From positions 23,932,001-23,996,000 of the forward strand of contig NC_043015.1 of the NCBI RefSeq assembly GCF_006345805.1: a stretch of 64,000 nucleotides of DNA. The letters are read 5' to 3'. Below are positions 26,750 to 38,290 of the stretch, piece by piece (positions within the stretch are counted from its first letter, which is position 1; each line of letters begins with the position of its first letter). This DNA comes from Octopus sinensis (taxonomy: Eukaryota). The position numbers and the translations under genes are program-made. The notes beneath the pieces were generated by a model. That model was not told where the DNA came from. It saw only the letters and a list, made by a program, of their open reading frames with translations, and ran no database searches.

Positions 26750-28528
26750 GGTGAGAAGGTTGGTGTGTGAAAACACGTCGTTGGATGTATAAAAAATAGA
26801 AGAGAGTGAAAAATCTTCAGAAGGCTTGTTTTATAAGGTTAAAGAATATATTTAAGTCGTTATCTTAGAAAAATATTATAAAATTTTGTTTATAGTAACA
26901 CAGTTTTTGGAGAAATAACCGATTTCGTGTAAACTTTTCAAATTTCTCAAATTTCTTTACCTACATAGTGTCATGTCTTCGTTATGAAGTGCAAAGAAGA
27001 GTTCCAGACAGGAGGAGGTAATCAGGCATTTCTTCCGGTATAAGGGAGATAATCGCTTTATATTTTTGTTCCTTTTTTTCAATGAGATGAGCTTCTCTGT
27101 ATAAGAATGTTAGCATGGTTAAGTTTAGGTTTATATTTTTCAATGAAGGATGTTTCCTTGTTTAATCTAATTTATGTTGGTCTTCCAAAAGCACATTGAT
27201 AGAATGGAAAAAAATTAAAAATTGGGGTAGTAGTTGCTTTGTGCATTTCTCAATATGCTCACTAAAGGATAGCATTCTGTATACTGGGAATGCAATCTGT
27301 TGTCGATGCAGAGTGCATCAGCGTCTGAGTGATAATCCCCTGGACCCTGCGTAGTTTTGGTGGCAGCCCGAGAACCTAATGACATAAATTATGCTTTCAG
27401 AAGCACAAGTAAAATTAGATTTGATCTTGAATTTTTGTCCCTCTTTGAAAAGGAATTCTGATCCATCTAGAAGGTTTGGGCATGTTGCGCAGTTTGGTCT
27501 ACCACATTTCTTTTACATTTGCATCTGTAATTTTAGAAAACAATTTTGCCTTTGTGAGAAAATTTTTAGTGATTTATGTTGTTTGTAGCTTTTAATGATT
27601 TTATGTATGTTTAGAATTTCCTTTAATTTGGAGTCCTTATGAAGCATTGGTAAATTCTGGGTGATGATGGTGAAGGCTTCTTTGTTTCTGGGATTGTATG
27701 TGGATAGGCAAGGCATTATTTTCGGAGATGGTGTATTGTTGTGTTGAACTTTTCTTAAAGTTTCTGTTGTACATCTGATTCCATCCTCTATGAGTTAAAC
27801 TGGGTAGTGTCTGTCAATTAGGGTTTTTTTGAGTTTTTGTAGTCTAAAGTTCCTGGTATTTTGTTCTGACACTATTGTGCATATCCTTCTTGCAAGGTTG
27901 AAAGGGATGTTTGTTTTAGTGTGTCTTGAGTGGCATGAATCAAAAAGTAGGTATTGTTTAGCGTCTGTGGTTTTGTAAATTATGTCTGTTTCTATTTTTA
28001 GGTTAATTTTTTTAAATCAGTATGTCTAAGAATGGAAGCTCCTTTTAGTTGTACTCCATTGTGAACTGTATATTTGGCTTGAAGCTGTTCAATAGTGTTT
28101 TGAATTTTAGGAGTTTATACCAGTATACCACATAATTATGAACTAGAGGCAATACAGTTCTGGCTGGACCAATTTCCGGAAGAAATAACAAAAAGGATCA
28201 GTAAAGATCCTAACATTCTTTTACAGAGAAACTCATCTCATTGGAAAAAAGAAAACAACTATAAAGCGATTATCTCCCTTATACAGGAAGAAATCCCTGA
28301 TTACCTCCCCCTGCCTGGAACTCTCCTTTGCACTTCATAACGAAGGCATGACACAATGTAGGTAAAGAAATTTGAGAAATTTGAAAAATTTACACGAAAT
28401 CGGTTATTTCTCCAAAAACTATGTTAATGTACACAAAATTTTCTAACATTTTCTAACATAACGACTTAAATATATTTTTTAACCTTATAAGACAAGCCTT
28501 CTGAGGATTTTTCACTCTTTTCTATTTT
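26750..28528 (-). mobile_element. Penelope-like element: RT C-terminus plus GIY-YIG relic between ~320-bp inverted arms
   Basis: Arms 26793-27113 and 28210-28528 are reverse complements (roughly 85-90% by eye). The minus strand reads YKTTDAKQYLLFDSCHSRHTKTNIPFNLARRICTIVS and CGRPNCATCPNL...FTCASESIIYVI. (TA)n flanks both sides. Confidence 0.85.
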
Positions 28529-28551
28529 CTATATATATATATATATATATA

Positions 28552-28607
<56 letters not shown>

Positions 28608-29227
28608 CATATATATATACGCTTCTTATTGTCGGGTATTGCCTGTTATTCCCTTAGGATGGTTTATATCTGCAGAACTCCTTGCAACTTAAAATAAAGT
28701 GCCTCGAGGCATTACTCAGAAACTGATAAAAGCACAACGAAACTTTGCTCTTTTTTTCATTTACTACTTTGTGTAATCCTTAGAGAAAGACACGGGGTGA
28801 GTAGGAATTCTGTATCGTTCAGTCACTTCTAACATGTTTCTTCTTCCTTTCCTTCCTTTGTCTTCTTATTTCATGTCGGCTTTCTGTAATGAACTACAAG
28901 CAACATACAATTTTATTATTCCTTTTACTCCATTTCTTTTGTCTCCATTTCTTTCTCTCTTTGATTGGTTGTAGCTATTCACAATCATCCGCCAAAATTC
29001 AAACGGAGCAGCCAGATTGGTTTATAATGACAATTATATTTAAGCATAAACATCGATTCAGTGAAAAACAGTTAATGTGAAAGGCCTGGTCAAGCACACC
29101 CGTGCAACAATGACGTGGTCAAGTCTCAAAGATATTATAAACGATACTGAAAAATAACATATGAATGCAAAAACTTAGGTCGCAATGCATTAATAAATGT
29201 TAAAGTTTCCATCCAAATATAATTTTT

Positions 29228-29348
29228 GTTCTTCTTCTTCTTCTTCTTCTTCTCTTCTTCTTCTTCTTCTTCTTCTTCTTCTCTTCTTCTTCTTCTTCTT
29301 CTTCTTCTTCTTCTTCTTCTTCTTCTTCTTCTTCTTCTTCGTCTTCTT

Positions 29349-29432
<84 letters not shown>

Positions 29433-29560
29433 ATTATCATTATTATTATTATTGTTATTATTATTATTATAATTATTATCATTATTATCAATAATAATAA
29501 TAATAATAATAACAATAATAATAATAATAATAATAATAACAATAATAATAATAATAATAA
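29228..29560. repeat. Compound trinucleotide microsatellite (TTC)n-(TTA)n-(TTG)n-(TTA)n-(TAA)n
   Basis: Read directly from the sequence; it produces the low-complexity ORFs at 29135-29615. Confidence 0.97.
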
Positions 29561-30618
29561 AAATATTGAACATATTACACTCTCAGATTCAAAGACTTAT
29601 TGCAGAGGTCCTTAAATTTTCATAATCCCTGTAAAACTCGAAATTTAGGGCCTACCGCCAAGCTATTCGGGATACAATTTAAATCCAGGAGCATTTCAGC
29701 ACCGCCTCATAAATAATTTTACTACATTTTCATCTTCTGTCGCTGCTAAAACCACTTCCATTGCTTAAATAATATCAACCCAAAGGATTTAGAAGGAAAA
29801 TCCACTTGACTAGTTTCGGCTATCGATATACTCACTCTAGGGCAGTTATATTTTTTGTAGACCACGAGTAGAACATGCTGATAGCAGCTCTAACGTAGAG
29901 AACCAGATTTGATGTAACTGAATTTTATGTTAAGGTTCAAACATCAGAAGCGTACGTTTTAATATGAAGTATTAAATGAAATGGTGCTAGCACATGGATT
30001 TGATAATACATATGCTTGAAACACTCGCCAAAATATAACAAGTTTTGTGCTCTTATTGACAACCATAATGCTTAGACTGTAGACAAATGAGAAAGGAGAA
30101 TGATGATGACGACGACGACGATAATGATGACGACGACGACGACGTCAATGACGAGGATGATGTCGATGACGACGACGACGATGGTAATGATTAAGCAGAA
30201 GTGGAAAAGGAACAACAAGCTGAATAGCAGCAACAGAGGTGATGCGAAATATTAAGAGAAAAAAATCTAAAATAAATAGAAAACAAGAAAAAGAATATAT
30301 TATTCATTTAAATATTTCTTGAGAGAAAATCATGATTAATACTGAGTGTGTACTCAATAATCATATACAATGTTACGTGTGAATGTGTATGAGTATATAT
30401 GTGTGTATGTGCGTGGGAATGTATGTATACATAAGTATGGACATAAGTAAGTACATGCGCAAACAGGATCATACATATAGACACACCGATATATATATAT
30501 ATATTAATGTTGAACTTAAGAATACCACAATTACATGCGTGTATATCTCTCTATATATCTATATGTGTATATACATATATATATATATATATATAGACTA
30601 AATTCTCATACTTTGTGC

Positions 30619-30704
<86 letters not shown>

Positions 30705-32088
30705 TGTGTGTGTGTGTGTGGTGTGTGTGTGTGTGTGTGCGTGTGTGTGTATGCAAATATATGCACAAAGTATGGGAGTTTAGTTCACAGGTGTTCTAAA
30801 CGATTAAGTGCGCTAGGTAAGTGCTGTAACGGACGATTAGGGATCCAAGGTTAGAGACGATAGTTAAGGAGCCGTTGTAGATTTCCGATGCAGCGAAACA
30901 GCTGTAAGACTTTGATTTTTTCCAATTATAATAATGTATAAGACTTGAGATGTTTGCCTTGCGTTGACGTTTGTTATCTGCTTTAACAATTATATATATG
31001 TGTGTGTACATATATCCGCGTGTTTGCCTGTGCTTGACTGCCCCCATCGCTGGTCAAATAATGCTGTTTTATCAAGCGGTTCGACAATAGAGAACGATAG
31101 AATAAGTACCATGCTTGTAAAGAATAGGTCAGTTACTTCGACTCAAACTCTATAATTTGTTTCTCCAGGCGGTGTCATTCTTTTTCGCATTGCTTTCGAC
31201 CGGACTACTCACGAATTTCTGAGCTCCTCGCTCTACTCCTCCCGTGTCTATAGTCCTTTAGGGCAGTTTTTCATTTCACGTTAACCATTTTTTCTTGCCT
31301 TGCAGCACTAAGGTTTTTTGCTGTATATGTATTATTATTATAATTAATTGTTGTCTTCGTGAGGCACTAAGACTTTATTCGGTTTATTGTTTTCTCCCTC
31401 GTCAGTCCACTAATGATCTCATCTCGAGCCCGTCAAATTTTGATATGTTTTGGCTCCTTTCCCGGCAATTTCTCTCTTGGTCCCTCAGAGTGGAAGCAAT
31501 ATAATCAATTATGGCCGAAATTGCGCTTTGAACCTCTGGCTGATAGCTGAAGAAGAATTAGTGACCTTCTGTCTTTTCTGTTCGTCTGTGTATTTAGTTA
31601 TGTTTATTTCATATGTGTATTTCATATGCTTATTTATTACGCGTTTTTTAAAAATTATATATACATATATACAGTTAAGTTATATTTTCCGTTTGTTGTA
31701 TTTTTTAAACTTAATTCTGAATATATAATATATTTAGGTGTATTTGAATTCCCTCCGCGTATACAGCTGGGAATGCTTTCAGAAAAACCTTCAAGCTGTT
31801 TGTCAGCAATTCTCACATCCCAATATATTTTTTGATGCCAGTATTTTCACCATAATTGTTCTCATGAAAATATATGCAGAGATATTGCATCTAACACAAA
31901 GAAGCATTAATGCATATATCTATGTGTGATGGAGTTCTTCACTCGAAATCCTTATATCTATTTTTCATCTGTATATCAATTACCACGCACCTCACCCAAT
32001 CACTCTTTCTATCACCTCAGCCTTACTCTCTGTGTATAAATGGAAATGTGTATGTACGTGTACATCTGTATATAGATGTGTGTATATA

Positions 32089-32137
<49 letters not shown>

Positions 32138-32160
32138 ATATATATAGATGTGTGTATATA

Positions 32161-32994
32161 TATATATTATATATATATACATGTATATAAACGCACGCAA
32201 ACACATAAATATGTCTGTATAAACGCATTCATTACGAATAGATGAAAAAGTGCATATATTTGTTAGTGTCTTTATGGGTATGTTTATGTATGTGTGAGTC
32301 TATATATTTAATATGCGTGTATGTTGATATATAATTACTTAATATATATACATACATATATGTGTATGTATGGTAACTATTATTTAAAAATATGTGTATG
32401 CCTGCATATACACATCTATATATGTTTGGATGTTTATGTGTATCTATACATATGTAAAGATATACATAAATACATATATGCTTATTTTATAGTAATATAT
32501 ATATATAGATAGATAGATAGATAGATATATGTTTGTATGTATCTATCTAGTTATCTCTCTCTATCCCTCTTAATATATATATATTATATATATATACATG
32601 TATATAAACGCACGCAAACACATAAATATGTCTGTATAAACGCATTCATTACGAATAGATGAAAAAGTGCATATATTTGTTAGTGTCTTTATGGGTATGT
32701 TTATGTATGTGTGAGTCTATATATTTAATATGCGTGTATGTTGATATATAATTACTTAATATATATACATACATATATGTGTATGTATGGTAACTATTAT
32801 TTAAAAATATGTGTATGCCTGCATATACACATCTATATATGTTTGGATGTTTATGTGTATCTATACATATGTAAAGATATACATAAATACATATATGCTT
32901 ATTTTATAGTAATATATATATATAGATAGATAGATAGATAGATATATGTTTGTATGTATCTATCTAGTATCTCTCTCTATCCCTCTTAATATAT
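32161..32994 (+). repeat. Tandem duplication of a ~417-bp unit
   Basis: Identical 63-aa ORFs at 32321 and 32738 (offset 417). One 1-nt indel seen near the unit end. Confidence 0.92.
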
Positions 32995-33001
32995 ATATAT
33001 T

Positions 33002-33078
<77 letters not shown>

Positions 33079-33769
33079 GCCACCCTTATATGTATATGCA
33101 TACATAAACACAATATCAAATATAGATATATGTACACACACAACACACCGTGTGTGTGTGTGCGTGTGTGTTTGTATGTGTGAATGCCTATAATTCATAT
33201 ATGTACGTATGTAGTTATACATGCATAAATACATGCATTTATAAAGGATGACATACGACTAACATTTTCTTTTGAATTCTATTCAGTAAACGTGTTTTGT
33301 TGATATTATTGCACAATATTCCTTCTGTTTTTATTTTTTAGTATATATTCCAGTATCATTGTCAAATTGGAACAGAATACTTTGCTTACTCACAAATGGA
33401 ATAAAAATCTGAAAGGTATGTAGATATCATATTTGGATCTCTTTTTTATTTTCTTCAAGGATTCTATATAATTAACAGCATTGTGGCGTTCACAAGAAAA
33501 TCCAAGATGTTTCAACATCCACAATACTAGTAGCAAGTTTGTATTTAATTAATACGTAAAATAGGGAAAAAGAAAAAATGCTACGCATTATCTTTACTCA
33601 ATTGTTCCTTTGTCTAAGGACAAATACATTTATTCAATGAAGTTTGAAGTCAATTTCTTATATTTAATTCCGTATGTACTGGAATTACCACGAAATGAGT
33701 GTCAAATTGTGAAGTTCATGCAGTATTTTTCATCCATATACAATATATATGCATATGTATATATATGTG

Positions 33770-33823
<54 letters not shown>

Positions 33824-33921
33824 TAAATGTACATATATATCAATATACATATATATATGTATGTTTATATATGTGTGTGTGTGTGTGTGTGTGTATACAA
33901 ACACATACACACACACACACA

Positions 33922-33971
<50 letters not shown>

Positions 33972-33974
33972 ATA

Positions 33975-34252
33975 TCATAAGATACATCTATAGGGTGGCG
34001 AATATTCGTTATAAATATCACCATTAAATAACAAGGAAAAAGTTTTTACTTTTCATTTACTTCGAAATTTGCTATTAAATTGTGGCTTTGGCCGTGTTGG
34101 CTGCTATTTCTAGTATGTAAAAATTGCCTGTTAATGGGTCATTTTTCTATTTTAAAATATGAATATGTTGTCTATTGACTATTTATACATGCTAGAACAC
34201 TGGTGGTGATATTTATAACGAATATTCGGCACCCTATAGATGTATCTTATGA
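33975..34252. repeat. 278-bp unit with 49-bp inverted termini (MITE-like appearance)
   Basis: 33975-34023 is the reverse complement of 34204-34252 with one mismatch. The interior 34024-34170 is a diverged direct copy of 34502-34632. Confidence 0.8.
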
Positions 34253-34390
34253 ATATGTTCTTAGCATTCTCGAGGATTCAGGTCGGCATTGTATTTATTG
34301 CTGACTGTAAATGCGCCTGCGCGCGGTATTTTGAAAAATTATAATATATAATGATGGGACACATGTTATCTTTTAGTTAGTTGTTGAGGC

Positions 34391-34501
34391 CGGTTACTGA
34401 CGAGAATTCGCCTGGTGGATAATATTGTTTTGCTAAATTACCTATTAAAGGATGGCAAATAATATTATTTGATAAAGAAAATCGAAACCATGGTATAACC
34501 G
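34391..34501 (+). ncRNA. Type I hammerhead ribozyme motif with an extended stem II
   Basis: Stem I is CGGTTA (34391-96) with TAACCG (34496-501). The core is CTGACGA (34397-403), with a G34404-C34483 closing pair and GAAA (34484-87). Stem III is the palindrome ACCATGGT and the cleavage triplet is GTA (34493-95). An internal helix forms between ATAATATTGTTTTGC and GCAAATAATATTAT. Confidence 0.8.
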
Positions 34502-34640
34502 TTAAATAACTAGGTAAATTATTTTTCATTTACTTCGAAATTTGCTATTAAATTGTGGTTTTGGCCGTTTAAGCTGCTATTTCTAGCATGTAAAAATTGC
34601 CTCTTAAAGGGTAATTTTCTATTTTAAAATATATATATAT

Positions 34641-36156
34641 ATATGGAAAAAAAGTCAAGTAAATGTTAAAATAATTTTATAAAATACATTTCAGTAACGG
34701 TTTCAGTCATTGAGACATTTTCAAGTGTAAGTATGGAAAACAATTCAATTTTGGAAAAATTAAAAGAAAAGTTTTTTTGGAAGAATATGAACTCAGACAT
34801 CCCAAATTAAGGAAGGATTTACAACTAAAAGCCCTACTTACATCTCCACACACAACCATTTTAACAATGAAGCCTTCAACATTATCCTTTAAAACATACC
34901 CCTGCTAAAAAAGAGACCATAGAATGAAGTTAATCCTCCAAACACACATCATCATAGAAAGCAAGAGACAATCCAAATCTATGAAAGGTCTCCCTGTACA
35001 CCCCGAATACGCTCAAAAACAGCACAGAAGCTGTCAGTAAAAAAATGCGGAAGACCCAGCTGTGGGATGTGCGTCAATTTAATTGAGGGATTGAAGTTCT
35101 CCTTCAAACAGGGACAACGTTTTACAGTGAAAAGAAACTTCACATGTGCTTCGGAGAACCTCATATACGCACTAAGCTACTCCGAGTGTCAAGAGCAATA
35201 CATAGGTGAAACAAAAACAGTCTACGTAAAAGGATGACTCTGCACAGATCCCAGATCAAAATTACCAAAAACAGAACAATAGCATTCAGCCAACACATCG
35301 AAATTTGTGCCAAGAAAAAACATCCACGCTTCGGAATTTTCCCTCTACCAACGAATTAGTAAAATACTCTCTTTATTACAAAATACAGACCCCTTTTCAA
35401 CGCATCTACAATAAACGAAATATCCGCGACGTCCTTAGAATAACACAAACACACACGCAAATATTAAAAATGATACACTCAAGAGATTCCCAAGAATTCA
35501 TTAAAAACTGTCCCAATTACTGCTATAATCAATAACGAGTCAATTTTAGGTTACTTGACCATCTAATATCTTACTACAATCATGCCACCTTCTTATTCTC
35601 ACTTCTCTTTCTCCTTCTCCGTCTTCTTCCTCTTTGCCACCTCCTTCCTAACTTTACCACTATTGCTGTATAGAATAGCACCTACGCAAATTTTATAAAC
35701 AAAACATTCAAAAACGATGTTTCAAGAATTCAATCACTACTACCATCTACAACAAGTCACTTCCAGGGCAATTGACCATTTAACATCCTACTACTATCAT
35801 GGGCCTTCCGCATTTTCTTTCTTTCTTCTTCTTCTTCTTCTTCTTCTTCTTCTTCTTCTTCTTCTCTTCTTCTTCTTTTCTCCTTCTTCTTCTTCTTCTT
35901 CTTCTTCTTTCCTGCCAAAAATTCATAACGATCTCGAACCCACAAGAGTAAACAAGAGAAACAAAGACTGGCAGAAACAAGGAAAGTGCCCCTTGTACTT
36001 GAATACTGTGTAAATATGCTTTTAGAAAATTTTTCTTTTAATTTTTCCAATATTGTTTTCCATACTTACAGTTGGAAAAGTCTCACTGACTGAAAACGGT
36101 ACTGAATGTTTTTATAAAATTGTTTTAACATTTTCTACCTTGATCTTTTTCCATAT
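34641..36156 (+). mobile_element. Penelope-like element: GIY-YIG relic between ~130-bp inverted arms
   Basis: The plus strand at ~35040-35350 reads KKCGRPSCGMCVNLIEG...FTCASENLIYAL...EQYIGETK...MTLHRSQI, the same family as the 26.8-kb element. Arms 34641-34770 and 36031-36156 are reverse complements at about 80%. Confidence 0.82.
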
Positions 36157-36201
36157 ATATCAACTCGTGTGTTCCTTCCCAACCTTATGTATATATATAT
36201 A

Positions 36202-36240
<39 letters not shown>

Positions 36241-36244
<4 letters not shown>

Positions 36245-36420
36245 TAATCCAAACAAGAAACCATAAAAAAACACAACAACGCGAGGACGTGGAACAAATA
36301 TAGTATTATTGGACGCTCAAGAAAGAAGGAAAGAAGGAGGGTTTAACGTTTCGAGCGGAGCGCTTCGTCGGAAACATAGGAGAAGGAAAGATCCAGAGAA
36401 GGGAAGACACAGGAAAAATA
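36241..36420 (-). mobile_element. Short Penelope pseudo-LTR-like repeat with a minimal HHR-like motif (U4C variant) at 36341-36375
   Basis: The minus strand reads GTTT-CCGACGA-AGCG CTC CGCT-C-GAAAC-GTT-AAAC, giving stems I and II and a palindromic ACGT, but the core is CCGA rather than CTGA. Confidence 0.5.
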
Positions 36421-37753
36421 TATATATACTCCCTGCCTCTTTTTATAGACAGTTACTTATATCCAACTGACTACTACTTAAGTCTTATTTCGTCCCTGGG
36501 GGAAAGGGATACCTATGCTAATATTTATGACCAAACATGACCATTAGCTGTCAACACATTCTTGTCATTTATTCAAAATAGACACAGTCTTCTATCTTAG
36601 ATTTTATAATTGATAAATAGATAAATGAATTAGAGAAATATTACAACCCATAGACCCCTATGACCCCACTTTGCTCCATGCGATTCTTAGAAGTTTTAGG
36701 CTATTTTAGCTACAATAGCGACCACATGAATTTCTCCCATATTCTTGCTCTCTTAAAATATTTTAGAAAAATTATATTACGTTCTACTTTTTAAAGTTTC
36801 ATTTATTTATTTATGCAACTGAAGATGGCATTGCATTTAGACAGATGTAATGATTGCATTGTTCAATTAACTGACGCCGCTTGAAACAGTCGTACTGCAT
36901 ATCTACTTGATGTCCTGTTGATTATGTATATATATATATATATATATATATACGCTCTTCCCCTATAAATAACCTGTCATATCCTTTGTAAAGCACTGCA
37001 GATATACTGTATACTTAAACGTCACAATGTCTACAAAATATGTGACTCAAATATGTAAACTTGCACAACATTTGTATATATACATTCGTCGTCGTCGTCA
37101 AGGATAGAACGCCTGCAGAGCACTGATGATACTACAGCCAATGACTTCCCGATTAAGCGCGAATTCCCCAGCTGTCTTGCCACTCTTGCCCAAACAGCTC
37201 TTGATGCTGAACAACCATTGCATTCTTTATCTGCCTCTTGATCTCCGACCTTCGATTCTTAATTCCACCATAATATATACGTCCGTTTTTATAATATATA
37301 TACATATAGTTAAACATTGCGATATTTTTCCAAAACGTATTTAAGCACTGCGGCCTTTATGCATCGCGTTATTAAATGTTGCCTCATTCTCTACAATTCG
37401 AGCTAATATTCTATAAATATTGTACACTGTAAAAACAGTAGCACTTGCATGTCTGTTTAAATAGTGCCACCGCTGCTTAAATGCAGCAATCAATATTATC
37501 TCACGGAAATTAATCTCATGTCCTCTGTTTTTGGAATCAATAGAGGATTGGTTTGTTCAGTCCAGATTATATTTGAATGATCCATAATTAGTGGAACTAT
37601 TCGTTTGACAAAAATGTTTGTTGCTAGTGTACTTGTATTTTGTTGTTGTTGTTGTTGTGTTCGGTGTTAATTTCTGTTAGATTCTAGAGAGTGTTTCTTT
37701 CCTGCTATAATAGCAAAGATGATGACGATGATAACAACAACAACAACAACAAC

Positions 37754-37808
<55 letters not shown>

Positions 37809-37822
37809 TAATAATAATAATA

Positions 37823-38270
37823 AAGATGTGTTTATTAATTGGCATGAGTATTCCTTGCGGTCACAATATAGCGACGAAAGAATTTGACAAGATCAGTAAA
37901 TATAAATACTTGCTAATAGAAATTGAAAAAATGTGGCATCTCAAGACGACTACTGTACCAGTGATTGTAGGATCTCTTGGAATAATAATAAAAAAAGGTA
38001 CTGAAACCTATTTGAAAATGATACCAGGCTTACCATCCCTACAGGAAGTGCAAAAGTCGTATTAACTGGAACGGCTCATGTACTGAGAAGAGCATTATCG
38101 TTGTGAAAACAACACCCATTCATGAATTTATTTATTAATTTTTAAATACATATTTTACCTGTGAATTTGCGCGTGTAATCTGGGAATGCATACAATAAGC
38201 TTCTCTGCCTTAGGTGTATGGAAAAAACTCGGCGACAAACGGAAGAAAATGTGAAGAAAGGAAAAAAAAA
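37823..38270 (+). mobile_element. R4/Dong-type LINE 3' fragment A (restriction-like endonuclease C-terminus and 3' UTR), between (TAA)n tracts
   Basis: Reads CLLIGMSIP...KEFDKISKYK.L.IEIEKMWHLKT..VPVIVGSLG...TGTAHVLRRALSL*. The 3' UTR resembles that of copy B. Confidence 0.82.
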
Positions 38271-38290
38271 ATAATAATAATAATAATAAT

